A stretch of DNA of 64,000 bases, from the NCBI RefSeq assembly GCF_009914755.1, contig NC_060946.1, one strand, 5' to 3'. The notes beneath the pieces are model-generated. The model did no database searches. It was given only the letters and a program-made list of their open reading frames with translations, and was not told the origin of the DNA. The position numbers and the translations under genes are program-made. The stretch is from the human T2T-CHM13v2.0 reference genome, Homo sapiens. The first letter of the stretch is position 1. Every line of letters starts with the position of its first letter. Positions 39,601 through 54,600 of the stretch are shown here, piece after piece.

Positions 39601-42600
39601 AGATCTCGCCACTGATCACCCAAGTGATGTAACCATTCTCTAGGCTTTGCGTACAGGGGGCTTTGAGACATACCTTTGCACTGATCACCCAGGTGATGTA
39701 ACACATCTAAGTTCGGCCTAAAGGAGCTTTGTGACATATCTCTGCACTGATCACTTAGGTGACGTAACACTTTTATAACCACTGCCTGCAGGGAATTTTG
39801 ACAAATCTGTACACTGATCACCTAGGTGATGTAACTCTTGTCTACCCTCTGTCCAACGGGTCATTGTGAAATATCTCTGCACTGATCACCCAGGTGATCC
39901 AACTCTTGACTAGGAACTGCCTACAGAGGTTATTTTGATATATCTCTGCACTGATAAACTAGGTGTTGTAACCCTTGTCCAAGCTCTGCCTACAGGGGCG
40001 TTTTCACGTATCCCTGAACTGATGACAGAGGTGATGTAACACTTGCCTAGGCTTTGCCTACAGGGGACATTTTACATATATCTGCACTGATCTCCCAGGT
40101 GATGCAACTCTGGCCTAGGCTTTGCCTACAGGGGACATTGTGTCATATCTCTTCAATGATCACCCATGTGATGCAACTCTTGCCTACGCTTTGCCTACAG
40201 GGGACATTGTGATATATCTCTGCACTGATCTCCCAGGTGCTGTAACTTTATTCTCAGGTCTGGCTACACGGCATTGTGACATATCACTGCACTGATCAAC
40301 CAGGTGATATAACTCTTGCATAGGCTCTGCCTAAAGGGGGCTTGTGACATATCTCTGCACTGATCACCCAGGTGGTATAGTTCTTTTCTAGGATCTGCCT
40401 ACAGTGTGCTTTGTGACATATCCCTGCACTGATCACCCAGGTGATCTAACTCTGGTCTAAGCTCTGCCTAAAGGGGCATTGTGACAGATCTCTGCACTGA
40501 TCACTCAGGTGATGTAACTGTTGTCTAGGCTCTGCTTCAAGGGGCCTTGTCACATATCTCTGCACTGATCACCCAGGTGATGTAACTCTTGTCTAGGCTC
40601 TGCTTCCAGGGCATATTGTGACATATCTATGCACTGATCACCTTAGTGATGTAACACTTCTGTAGGCTCGGCCTACAGGGGAATCTTGACATATCTCCGT
40701 ACTGTTTACCGAGGTGATTTGACTCTTGTCTAGGCTGTGCCCACAGGGGAATTGAGATATATCTCTGCACTGATCCCGAGGTGATCCAACTCTTGCCTGG
40801 TCTCTGCCTACCGGGGACATTGTGACATATGTCTGCACTGATCTCCCAGGTGCTGCAACTGTATTCTAGGCTCTGGCTACACGACATTGTGACATATCAC
40901 TGCAATGATCACCCAGGTGATATAACTCTTGTCTAGGCTCTGCCTACAATGGTCTTGTGACATATCTCTGCACTGATCACCCAGGTGATATAACTATTCT
41001 CTAGGATCTGACCACAGGGTGCTTTGTGACATATCCCTTGAATGTTCACCCAGGTGATATACCACTTGCCAAGGCTCTGCCTACAGGGGCATTGCAATGT
41101 ATCTCTGCATTGATCACCTAGGTCTTGTAACTCTTTTCTAGGATCTGCCTACAGGGTGCTTTGTGACGTATCCCAGCAAGGATTACCCAGGTGATGTACC
41201 GCTCATCAAGGCTCTGCCTACAGGCACATTGCGATGTATCTCTGCACTGATCACCTAGGTCATGTAACCTTTGTCTAGGCTCTGCCTACGATGGCATTGT
41301 GACATATCTCTGCACTAATCATTAAAGTGATGTAACACTTGTCTAGGATCTGCCTAAATTAACTTTGTGACATAACCCTGTACTCATCATCCAGGTGATG
41401 GGGCTTTTGTCTAGGCTCTTCCTAAGGGGGCATTATGACATATTTCTGCATTGATCACCCAGGTGGCGAACTGTTTTCTTGAATCTGCCTATGCGGGCAT
41501 TGTGACAAATCTCTGCACTGATCACCCAGGTGACGTAACTGTTGTGTAACCTCTGTCTACAGGGGAATTGTGAGAGATCTCCCCACTGATCACCCAAGTG
41601 ATGTAACCATTGTCTAGGCTTTGCGTATAGGGGGCTTTGTGACATACCTTTGCACTGATCACCCAGGTGAGGTAACACATCTACGTTCGGCCTAAAGGAG
41701 CTTTGTGACAAATCTCTGCACTGATCACTTAGGTGATGTAACACTTTTATAACCACTGCCTACAGGGAATTTTGACAAATCTGTACACTGATCACCTAGG
41801 TGATGTAACTCTTGTCTACCCTCTGTCGAACAGGGCATTGTGAAATATCTCTGCACTGATCACCCAGGTGATTCAACTCTTGACTAGGATCTGCCTACAG
41901 AGGTTATTTTGAAATATCTCTGCACTGATAAACTAGGTGGTGTAACCCTTGTCCAAGCTCTGCCTACAGGGGCGTTTTCACATATCCCTGAACTGATGAC
42001 AGAGGTGATGTAACCCTTGCCTAGGCTTTGCCTACAGGGGACATTGGACATATATCTGCACTGATCTCCTAGGTGATGCAACTCTGGCCTAGGCTTTGCC
42101 TACAGGGGACATTGTGACATATCTCTTCAATGATAACCCATGTGATGCAACTCTTGCCCAGGCTTTGCGTAGAGGGGACATTGTGACATATCTCTGCACT
42201 GATCTCCCAGGTGCTGCAACTTTAGTCTTGGTTCTGGCTACACGGCATTGTGACATATCACTGCCCTGATTAACCAGGTGATATAACTCTTGTATAGGCT
42301 CTGCCTACAGGGGGCTTGTGACATATCTCTGCACTGATCACCTTAGTGATATAACAATTGTGTAGGCTCGGTCTACAGGGGAATCTTGACATATCTCTGC
42401 ACTGTTAAGCGAGGTGATTTGACACTTGTCTCGGCTGTGCCCACAGGTGGATTCAGACATATCTCTGCACTGATCCCGTGGTGATCCAACTCTTGCCTGG
42501 TCTCTGCCTACTGGGGACATTGTGACATGTCTCTGCACTGATCTCCCAGGTGCTGCAACTTTAGTCTAGGCTCTGGCTATACGACGTTGTGACATATCAC

Positions 42601-45600
42601 TGCACTGATCACCTAGGTGATATAACAATTCTCTAGGATCTGACCACAGGGTTCTTTGTGACATATCCCTGCAATGATCACCCAGGTGATATACCACTTG
42701 CCAAGGCTCTGCCTACAGGGGCATTGCAATGTATCTCTGCACTGATCACCTAGGTCTTGTTACTCTTTTCTAGGATCTGCCTACAGGGTGCTTTGTGACA
42801 TATCCCAGCAAGGATTACCCAGGTGATGTACCGCCCATCAAGGCTCTGCCTACAGGCACATTGCGATGTATCTCTGCACTGATCACCTAGGTCATGTAAG
42901 TTTTGTCTAGGCTCTGCCTACGATGGCATTGTAACATATCTCTGCCCTAATCATCCAAGTGATGTAACACTTGTCTAGGATATGCCTAAATTAACTTTGT
43001 GACATAACCCTGTACTGATCATCCAGGTGATGGGGCTTTTGTCTAGGCTCTGCCTAAGGGGGCATTGTGACATATTTCTGCAACGATCACCCAGGCGGCG
43101 AACCCTTCTCTTGGATCTGACTAAGGGGGCATTGTGACAAATCTCTGCACTGATCACCCAGGTGACGTAACTGTTGTGTAACCTCTGAATACAGGGGAAT
43201 TATGAGAGATCTCGCCACTGATCACCCAAGTGATGTAAACATTGTTTAGGCTTTGCGTACAGGGTCTTTGTGATATACCTTTGCACTGATCACCCAGGTG
43301 AGGTAACACATCTACGTTCGGCCTAAAGGAGCTTTGTGACAAATCTCTGCACTGATCCCTTAGGTGATGTAACACTTTTATAACCACTTCCTACAGGGAA
43401 TTTTGACAAATCTGTACACTGATCACCTAGGTGATGTAACACTTGTCTACCCTCTGTCCAACGGGGCATTGTGAAATATCTCTGCACTGATCACCCAGGT
43501 GATTCAACTCTTGACTAGGATCTGCCTACAGAGGTTATTTTGAAATATCTCTGCACTGATAAACTAGGTGGTGTAACCCTTGTCCAAGCTCTGCCTACAG
43601 GGGCGTTTTCACATATCTCTGAACTGATGACAGAGGTGATGTAACCCTTGCCTAGGCTTTGCCTACAGGGGACATTGGACATATATCTGCACTGATCTCC
43701 TAGGTGATGCAACTCTGGCCTAGGCTTTGCCTACAGGGGACATTGTGACATATCTCTTCAATGATCACCGATGTGATGCAACTCTTGCCCAGGCTTTGCG
43801 TAGAGGGGACATTGTGACATGTCTCTGCACTGATCTCCCAGGTGCTGTATCTTTAGTCTAGGGTCTGGCTACACGGCATTGTGACATATCACTGCACTGA
43901 TCAACCAGGTGATATAACTCTTTTATAGGCTCTGCCTACAGGGGACATTGTGACATATCTCTGCACTGATCTCCCAGGTGCTGTAACTTTAGTGTAGGGT
44001 CTGGCTACACGGCATTGTGACATATCACTGCACTGGTCAACCAGGTGATATAACTCTTTTATAGGCTCTGCCTACAGGGGGCTTGTGACATATCTCTGCA
44101 CTGATCACCCAGGTGATATAGCTCTTTTCTAGTATCTGCATACAGGGTGCTTTGTGACATATCTCTGCACTGATCACTAAGGTGATCTAACTCTGGTCTA
44201 AGCTCTGCCTAAAGGGGCATTGTGAGAGATCTCTGCACTGATCACTCAGGTGATGTAACTGTTGTCTAGGCTCTGCTTCAAGGGGCCTTGTCACATATCT
44301 CTGCACTGATCACCCAGGTGATGTAACTCTTGTCTAGGCTCTGCTTCCAGGGCATATTGTGACATATCTATGCACTGATATCCTTAGTGATGTAACACTT
44401 GTGTAGGCTCGGCCTACAGGGGAATCTTGACATATCTCCGTACTGTTAACCGAGGTGATTTAACTCTTGTCTAGGCTGTGCCCACAGGGGAATTGAGATA
44501 TATCTCTGCACTGATCCCGAGGTGATCCAATTCTTGCCTGGTCTCTGCCTACTGGGGACATTGTGACATATCTCTGCACTGATCTCCCAGGTGCTGCAAC
44601 TTTAGTCTAGGCTCTGGCTACACGACATTGTGACATATCACTGCACTGATCACCCAGGTGATATAAATTTGTCTAGGCTCTGCCTACAATGGTCTTGTGA
44701 CATATCTCTGCACTGATCACCCAGGTGATATAAGTATTCTCTAGGATCTGACCACAGGTTGCTTTGTGACATATCCCTGCAATGATCAGCCAGGTGATAT
44801 ACCACTTGCCAAGGCTCTGCCTACAGGGGCATTGCAATGTATCTCTGTACTGATCACCTAGGTCTTGTAACTCTTTTCTAGGATCTGCCTACAGGGCGCT
44901 TTGTGACGTATCCCAGCAAGGATTACCCAGGTGATGTACCGCTCATCAAGGCTCTGCCTACCGGCACATTGCGTTGTATCTCTGCACTGATCATCTAGGT
45001 CATGTAACCTTTGTCTAGGCTCTGCCAACGATGACATTGTGACATATCTCTGCACTAATCATCCAAGTGATGTAACACTTGTCTAGGATCTGCCTAAATT
45101 AACTTTGTGACATAACCCTGTACTGATCATCCAGGTGATGGGGCTTTTGTCTAGGCTCTGCCTAAGTGGGCATTGTGACATATTTCTGCATTGATCACCC
45201 AGGTGGCGAACTCTTCTTTTCAATCTGCCTATGGGGGCATTGTGACAAATCTCTGCACTGATAACCCAGGTGACGTAACTGTTGTGTAACCTCTGCCTAC
45301 AGGGGAATTGTGAGAGGTCTCGCCACTGATCACCCAAGTGATGTAACCATTCTCGAGGCTTTGCGTACAGGGGGCTTTGTGACATACCTTTGCACTGATC
45401 ACCCAGGTGATGTAACACATCTAAGTTCGGCCTAAAGTAGCTTTGTGACATATCTCTCCACTGATCACTTAGGTGATGTAACACTTTTATAACCACTGCC
45501 TACAAGGAATTTTGACAAATCTGTACACTGATCACCTAGGTGATGTAACTCTTGTCTACCCTCTGTCCAACGGGTCATTGTGAAATATCTCTGCACTGAT

Positions 45601-48600
45601 CACCCAGGTGATTCAACTCTTGACTAGGATCTGCCCACAGAGGTTATTTTGAAATATCTCTGCACTGATAAACTAGGTGGTGTAACCCTTGTCCAAGCTC
45701 TGCCTACAGGGGCGTTTTCACATATCCCTGAACTGATGACAGAGGTGATGTAACCCTTGCTTAGGGTTTGCCTACAGGGGACATTGGACATATATCTGCA
45801 CTGATCTCCCAGGTGATGCAACTCTGGCCTAGGCTTTGCCTACAGGGGACATTGTGTCATATCTCTTCAATGATCACCCATGTGATGCAACTCTTGCCTA
45901 CGCTTTGCCTACAGGGGACATTGTGACATATCTCTGCACTGATCTCCCAGGTGCTGTAACTTTATTCTCAGGTCTGGCTACACGGCATTGTGACATATCA
46001 CTGCACTGATCAACCAGGTGATATAACTCTTGCATAGGCTCTGCCTAAAGGGGGCTTGTGACATATCTCTGCACTGATCACCCAGGTGGTATAGTTCTTT
46101 TCTAGGATCTGCCTACAGTGTGCTTTGTGACATATCCCTGCACTGATCACCCAGGTGATCTAACTCTGGTCTAAGCTCTGCCTAAAGGGGCATTGTGACA
46201 GATCTCTGCACTGATCACTCAGGTGATGTAACTGTTGTCTAGGCTCTGCTTCAAGGGGCCTTGTCACATATCTCTGCACTGATCACCCAGGTGATTCAAC
46301 TCTTGACAAGGATCTGCCTACAGAGGTTATTTTGAAATATCTCTGCACTGATGAACTAGGTGTTGTAACCCTTGTCCAAGCTCTGCCTACAGGGGCCTTT
46401 TCACATATCCCTGAACTGATGACAGAGGTGATGTAACCCTTGCCTAGGCTTTGCCTACAGGGGACATTGGACATATATCTGCACTGATCTCCCAGGAGAT
46501 GCAACTCTGGCCTAGGCTTTGCCTACAGGGGACATTGTGACATATCTCTTCAATGATCACCCATGTGATGCAACTGTTGCCTAGGCTTTGCCTACAGGGG
46601 ACATTGTGGCATATCTCTGCACTGATCTCCCAGGTGCTGTAACTTTAGTCTAGGGTCTGGCTACACGGCATTGTGACATATCACTGCACTGATCAACCAG
46701 GTGATATAACTCTTTTATAGGTTCTGCCTACAGGGGACATTGTGACATATCTCTGCACTGATCTCACAGGTGCTGTAACTTTAGTCTAGGTTCTGGCTAC
46801 ACGGCATTGTGACATATCACTGCACTGATCAACCAGGTGATATAACTCTTTTATACGCTCTGCCTACAGGGGGCTTGTGACATATCTCTGCACTGATCAC
46901 CTAGGTGATATAGCTCTTCTCTAGGATCTGCCTACAGGGTGCTTTGTGACATATCCCTGCACTGATCACCCAGGTGATCTAACTCTGGTCTAAGCTCTGC
47001 CTAAAGGGGCATTGTGACAGATCCCTGCACTGATCACTCAGGTGATGTAACTGTTGTCTAGGCTCTGCTTCAAGGGGCCTTGTCACATATCTCTGCACTT
47101 ATCACCCAGGTGATGTAACTCTTGTCTAGGCTCTGTTTCTAGGGCATATTGTGACATATCTATGCACTGATCACCTTAGTGATGTAACACATGTGTAGGC
47201 TCGGCCTACAGGGGAATCTTGACATATCTCCTTACTGTTAACCGAGGTGATTAACTCTTGTCTAGGCTGTGCCCACAGGGAAATTGAGATATATCTCTGC
47301 ACTGATCCCGAGGTGATCCAACTCTTGCCTGGTCTCTGCCTACTGGGGACATTGTGACATATCTCTGCACAGATCTCCCAGGTGCTGCAACTGTATTCTA
47401 GGCTCTGGCTACACGACATTGTGACATATCACTGCACTGATCACCCAGGTGATATAACTCTTGTCTAGGCTCTGCCTACAATGGTCTTGTGACATATCTC
47501 TGCACTGATCACCCAGGTGATATAACTATTATCTAGGATCTGACCAAAGGGTGCTTTGTGACATATCCCTGCAATGATCACCCAGGTGATATACCACTTG
47601 CCAAGGCTCTGCCTACAGGGGCATTTCAATGTATCCCTGCATTGATCACCTAGGTCTTGTAACTATTTTCTAGGATCTGTCTACAGGGCGCTTTGTGACG
47701 TAACCCAGCAAGGATTACCCAGGTGATGTGCCGCTCATCAAGGCTCTGCCTACAGGCACATTGCGATGTATCTCTGCACTGATCACCTAGGTCATGTAAC
47801 CTTTGTCTAGGCTCTGCGTAGGATGGCATTGTGACATATCTCTGCACTAATCATCCTAGTGATGTAACACTTGTCTAGGATCTGCCTAAATTAACTTTGT
47901 GACATAACCCTGTACTGATCATCCAGGTGATCGGGCTTTTGTCTAGGCTCTGCCTAAGGGGGCATTGTGACATATTTCTGCATTGATCACCCAGGTGGCG
48001 AACTCTTCTCTTGAATCTGCCTATGGGGGCAATGTGAGAAATCTCTGCACTGATCACCCAGGTGACGTAACTGTTGTGTAACCTCTGCCTACAGGGGAAT
48101 TGTGAGAGATCTCGCCACTGATCACCCAAGTGATGTAACCATTCTCTAGGCTTTGCGTACAGGGGGCTTTGAGACATACCTTTGCACTGATCACCCAGGT
48201 GATGTAACACATCTAAGTTCGGCCTAAAGGAGCTTTGTGACATATCTCTGCACTGATCACTTAGGTGACGTAACACTTTTATAACCACTGCCTGCAGGGA
48301 ATTTTGACAAATCTGTACACTGATCACCTAGGTGATGTAACTCTTGTCTACCCTCTGTCCAACGGGTCATTGTGAAATATCTCTGCACTGATCACCCAGG
48401 TGATCCAACTCTTGACTAGGAACTGCCTACAGAGGTTATTTTGATATATCTCTGCACTGATAAACTAGGTGTTGTAACCCTTGTCCAAGCTCTGCCTACA
48501 GGGGCGTTTTCACGTATCCCTGAACTGATGACAGAGGTGATGTAACACTTGCCTAGGCTTTGCCTACAGGGGACATTTTACATATATCTGCACTGATCTC

Positions 48601-51600
48601 CCAGGTGATGCAACTCTGGCCTAGGCTTTGCCTACAGGGGACATTGTGTCATATCTCTTCAATGATCACCCATGTGATGCAACTCTTGCCTACGCTTTGC
48701 CTACAGGGGACATTGTGATATATCTCTGCACTGATCTCCCAGGTGCTGTAACTTTATTCTCAGGTCTGGCTACACGGCATTGTGACATATCACTGCACTG
48801 ATCAACCAGGTGATATAACTCTTGCATAGGCTCTGCCTAAAGGGGGCTTGTGACATATCTCTGCACTGATCACCCAGGTGGTATAGTTCTTTTCTAGGAT
48901 CTGCCTACAGTGTGCTTTGTGACATATCCCTGCACTGATCACCCAGGTGATCTAACTCTGGTCTAAGCTCTGCCTAAAGGGGCATTGTGACAGATCTCTG
49001 CACTGATCACTCAGGTGATGTAACTGTTGTCTAGGCTCTGCTTCAAGGGGCCTTGTCACATATCTCTGCACTGATCACCCAGGTGATGTAACTCTTGTCT
49101 AGGCTCTGCTTCCAGGGCATATTGTGACATATCTATGCACTGATCACCTTAGTGATGTAACACTTCTGTAGGCTCGGCCTACAGGGGAATCTTGACATAT
49201 CTCCGTACTGTTAACCGAGGTGATTTAACTCTTGTCTAGGCTGTGCCCACAGGGGAATTGAGATATATCTCTGCACTGATCCCGAGGTGATCCAACTCTT
49301 GCCTGGTCTCTGCCTACCGGGGACATTGTGACATATGTCTGCACTGATCTCCCAGGTGCTGCAACTGTATTCTAGGCTCTGGCTACACGACATTGTGACA
49401 TATCACTGCAATGATCACCCAGGTGATATAACTCTTGTCTAGGCTCTGCCTACAATGGTCTTGTGACATATCTCTGCACTGATCACCCAGGTGATATAAC
49501 TATTCTCTAGGATCTGACCACAGGGTGCTTTGTGACATATCCCTTGAATGTTCACCCAGGTGATATACCACTTGCCAAGGCTCTGCCTACAGGGGCATTG
49601 CAATGTATCTCTGCATTGATCACCTAGGTCTTGTAACTCTTTTCTAGGATCTGCCTACAGGGTGCTTTGTGACGTATCCCAGCAAGGATTACCCAGGTGA
49701 TGTACCGCTCATCAAGGCTCTGCCTACAGGCACATTGCGATGTATCTCTGCACTGATCACCTAGGTCATGTAACCTTTGTCTAGGCTCTGCCTACGATGG
49801 CATTGTGACATATCTCTGCACTAATCATTAAAGTGATGTAACACTTGTCTAGGATCTGCCTAAATTAACTTTGTGACATAACCCTGTACTCATCATCCAG
49901 GTGATGGGGCTTTTGTCTAGGCTCTTCCTAAGGGGGCATTATGACATATTTCTGCATTGATCACCCAGGTGGCGAACTGTTTTCTTGAATCTGCCTATGC
50001 GGGCATTGTGACAAATCTCTGCACTGATCACCCAGGTGACGTAACTGTTGTGTAACCTCTGTCTACAGGGGAATTGTGAGAGATCTCCCCACTGATCACC
50101 CAAGTGATGTAACCATTGTCTAGGCTTTGCGTATAGGGGGCTTTGTGACATACCTTTGCACTGATCACCCAGGTGAGGTAACACATCTACGTTCGGCCTA
50201 AAGGAGCTTTGTGACAAATCTCTGCACTGATCACTTAGGTGATGTAACACTTTTATAACCACTGCCTACAGGGAATTTTGACAAATCTGTACACTGATCA
50301 CCTAGGTGATGTAACTCTTGTCTACCCTCTGTCGAACAGGGCATTGTGAAATATCTCTGCACTGATCACCCAGGTGATTCAACTCTTGACTAGGATCTGC
50401 CTACAGAGGTTATTTTGAAATATCTCTGCACTGATAAACTAGGTGGTGTAACCCTTGTCCAAGCTCTGCCTACAGGGGCGTTTTCACATATCCCTGAACT
50501 GATGACAGAGGTGATGTAACCCTTGCCTAGGCTTTGCCTACAGGGGACATTGGACATATATCTGCACTGATCTCCTAGGTGATGCAACTCTGGCCTAGGC
50601 TTTGCCTACAGGGGACATTGTGACATATCTCTTCAATGATAACCCATGTGATGCAACTCTTGCCCAGGCTTTGCGTAGAGGGGACATTGTGACATATCTC
50701 TGCACTGATCTCCCAGGTGCTGCAACTTTAGTCTTGGTTCTGGCTACACGGCATTGTGACATATCACTGCCCTGATTAACCAGGTGATATAACTCTTGTA
50801 TAGGCTCTGCCTACAGGGGGCTTGTGACATATCTCTGCACTGATCACCTTAGTGATATAACAATTGTGTAGGCTCGGTCTACAGGGGAATCTTGACATAT
50901 CTCTGCACTGTTAAGCGAGGTGATTTGACACTTGTCTCGGCTGTGCCCACAGGTGGATTCAGACATATCTCTGCACTGATCCCGTGGTGATCCAACTCTT
51001 GCCTGGTCTCTGCCTACTGGGGACATTGTGACATGTCTCTGCACTGATCTCCCAGGTGCTGCAACTTTAGTCTAGGCTCTGGCTATACGACGTTGTGACA
51101 TATCACTGCACTGATCACCTAGGTGATATAACAATTCTCTAGGATCTGACCACAGGGTTCTTTGTGACATATCCCTGCAATGATCACCCAGGTGATATAC
51201 CACTTGCCAAGGCTCTGCCTACAGGGGCATTGCAATGTATCTCTGCACTGATCACCTAGGTCTTGTTACTCTTTTCTAGGATCTGCCTACAGGGTGCTTT
51301 GTGACATATCCCAGCAAGGATTACCCAGGTGATGTACCGCCCATCAAGGCTCTGCCTACAGGCACATTGCGATGTATCTCTGCACTGATCACCTAGGTCA
51401 TGTAAGTTTTGTCTAGGCTCTGCCTACGATGGCATTGTAACATATCTCTGCCCTAATCATCCAAGTGATGTAACACTTGTCTAGGATATGCCTAAATTAA
51501 CTTTGTGACATAACCCTGTACTGATCATCCAGGTGATGGGGCTTTTGTCTAGGCTCTGCCTAAGGGGGCATTGTGACATATTTCTGCAACGATCACCCAG

Positions 51601-54600
51601 GCGGCGAACCCTTCTCTTGGATCTGACTAAGGGGGCATTGTGACAAATCTCTGCACTGATCACCCAGGTGACGTAACTGTTGTGTAACCTCTGAATACAG
51701 GGGAATTATGAGAGATCTCGCCACTGATCACCCAAGTGATGTAAACATTGTTTAGGCTTTGCGTACAGGGTCTTTGTGATATACCTTTGCACTGATCACC
51801 CAGGTGAGGTAACACATCTACGTTCGGCCTAAAGGAGCTTTGTGACAAATCTCTGCACTGATCCCTTAGGTGATGTAACACTTTTATAACCACTTCCTAC
51901 AGGGAATTTTGACAAATCTGTACACTGATCACCTAGGTGATGTAACACTTGTCTACCCTCTGTCCAACGGGGCATTGTGAAATATCTCTGCACTGATCAC
52001 CCAGGTGATTCAACTCTTGACTAGGATCTGCCTACAGAGGTTATTTTGAAATATCTCTGCACTGATAAACTAGGTGGTGTAACCCTTGTCCAAGCTCTGC
52101 CTACAGGGGCGTTTTCACATATCTCTGAACTGATGACAGAGGTGATGTAACCCTTGCCTAGGCTTTGCCTACAGGGGACATTGGACATATATCTGCACTG
52201 ATCTCCTAGGTGATGCAACTCTGGCCTAGGCTTTGCCTACAGGGGACATTGTGACATATCTCTTCAATGATCACCGATGTGATGCAACTCTTGCCCAGGC
52301 TTTGCGTAGAGGGGACATTGTGACATATCTCTGCACTGATCTCCCAGGTGCTGTATCTTTAGTCTAGGGTCTGGCTACACGGCATTGTGACATATCACTG
52401 CACTGATCAACCAGGTGATATAACTCTTTTATAGGCTCTGCCTACAGGGGACATTGTGACATATCTCTGCACTGATCCCCCAGGTGCTGTAACTTTAGTG
52501 TAGGGTCTGGCTACACGGCATTGTGACATATCACTGCACTGGTCAACCAGGTGATATAACTCTTTTATAGGCTCTGCCTACAGGGGGCTTGTGACATATC
52601 TCTGCACTGATCACCCAGGTGATATAGCTCTTTTCTAGTATCTGCATACAGGGTGCTTTGTGACATATCTCTGCACTGATCACTAAGGTGATCTAACTCT
52701 GGTCTAAGCTCTGCCTAAAGGGGCATTGTGAGAGATCTCTGCACTGATCACTCAGGTGATGTAACTGTTGTCTAGGCTCTGCTTCAAGGGGCCTTGTCAC
52801 ATATCTCTGCACTGATCACCCAGGTGATGTAACTCTTGTCTAGGCTCTGCTTCCAGGGCATATTGTGACATATCTATGCACTGATATCCTTAGTGATGTA
52901 ACACTTGTGTAGGCTCGGCCTACAGGGGAATCTTGACATATCTCCGTACTGTTAACCGAGGTGATTTAACTCTTGTCTAGGCTGTGCCCACAGGGGAATT
53001 GAGATATATCTCTGCACTGATCCCGAGGTGATCCAATTCTTGCCTGGTCTCTGCCTACTGGGGACATTGTGACATATCTCTGCACTGATCTCCCAGGTGC
53101 TGCAACTTTAGTCTAGGCTCTGGCTACACGACATTGTGACATATTACTGCACTGATCACCCAGGTGATATAAATTTGTCTAGGCTCTGCCTACAATGGTC
53201 TTGTGACATATCTCTGCACTGATCACCCAGGTGATATAAGTATTCTCTAGGATCTGACCACAGGTTGCTTTGTGACATATCCCTGCAATGATCAGCCAGG
53301 TGATATACCACTTGCCAAGGCTCTGCCTACAGGGGCATTGCAATGTATCTCTGCACTGATCACCTAGGTCTTGTAACTCTTTTCTAGGATCTGCCTACAG
53401 GGTGCTTTGTGACGTATCCCAGCAAGGATGACCCAGGTGATGTACCGCTCATCAAGGCTCTGCCTACAGGCACATCACGATGTATCTCAGCACTGATCAC
53501 CTAGGTCATGTAACCTTTGTCTAGGCTCTGCCTACGATGGCATTGTGATATATCTATGCACTAATCATCCAAGTGATGTAACACTTCTCTAGGATCTGCC
53601 TAAATTAACTTTGTGACATAACCCTGTACTGATCATCCAGGTGATGGGGCTTTTGTCTAGGCTCTGCCTAAGGGGGCATTGTGACATATTTCTGCATTGA
53701 TCACGCAGGTGGCGAACTCTTCTCTTGGATCTGCCTATGGGGGCATTGTGATAAATCTCTGCACTGATCACCCAGGTGACGTAACTGATGTGTAACCTCT
53801 GCCGACAGGGGAATTGTGAGAGATCTCGCCACAGATCACCCAAGTGATGTAACCATTGTCTAAGCTTTGCGTACAGGCGGCATTGTGACTTACCTTTGCA
53901 CTGATCACCCAGGTGATGTAACACATCTATGTTCGGCCTAAAGGAGCTTTGTGACATACCTCTGCACTGATCACTTAGGTGATGTAACACTTTTATAACC
54001 ACTGACTACAGGGAACTTTGACAAATCTGTACACTGATCACCTAGGTGACGTAACTCTTGTCTACCCTCTGTCCAACGGGTCATTGTGAAATATCTCTGC
54101 ACTGATCACCCAGGTCATTCAACTCTTGACTAGGATCTGCCTACAGAGGTTATTGTGAAATCTCTCTGCACTGATAAACTAGGTGGTGTAACCCTTGTCC
54201 AAGCTCTGCCCACAGGGGCGTTTTCACATATCCCTGAACTTATGACAGAGGTGATGTTACACTTGCCTAGGCTTTGCCTACAGGGGACATTGTACATATA
54301 TCTGCACTGATCTCCCAGGTGAGGCAACTCTGGCCTAGGCTTCGCCTACAGGGGACATTGTGACATATCTCTTAAATGATCACCCATGTGATACAACTCT
54401 TGCCTAGACTTTGCTAAAGGGGCATTGTGACATACCTCTGCACTGATCTCCCAGGTGCTGTAACTTTAGTCTAGGCTCTGGCTACACGGCATTGTGACAT
54501 ATCACTGCACTGATCAACCAGGTGATATAACTCTTGTATAGGCTATGCCTACAGGGGGCTTGTGACATATCTCTGCACTGATCACCCAGGTGATATAGCT

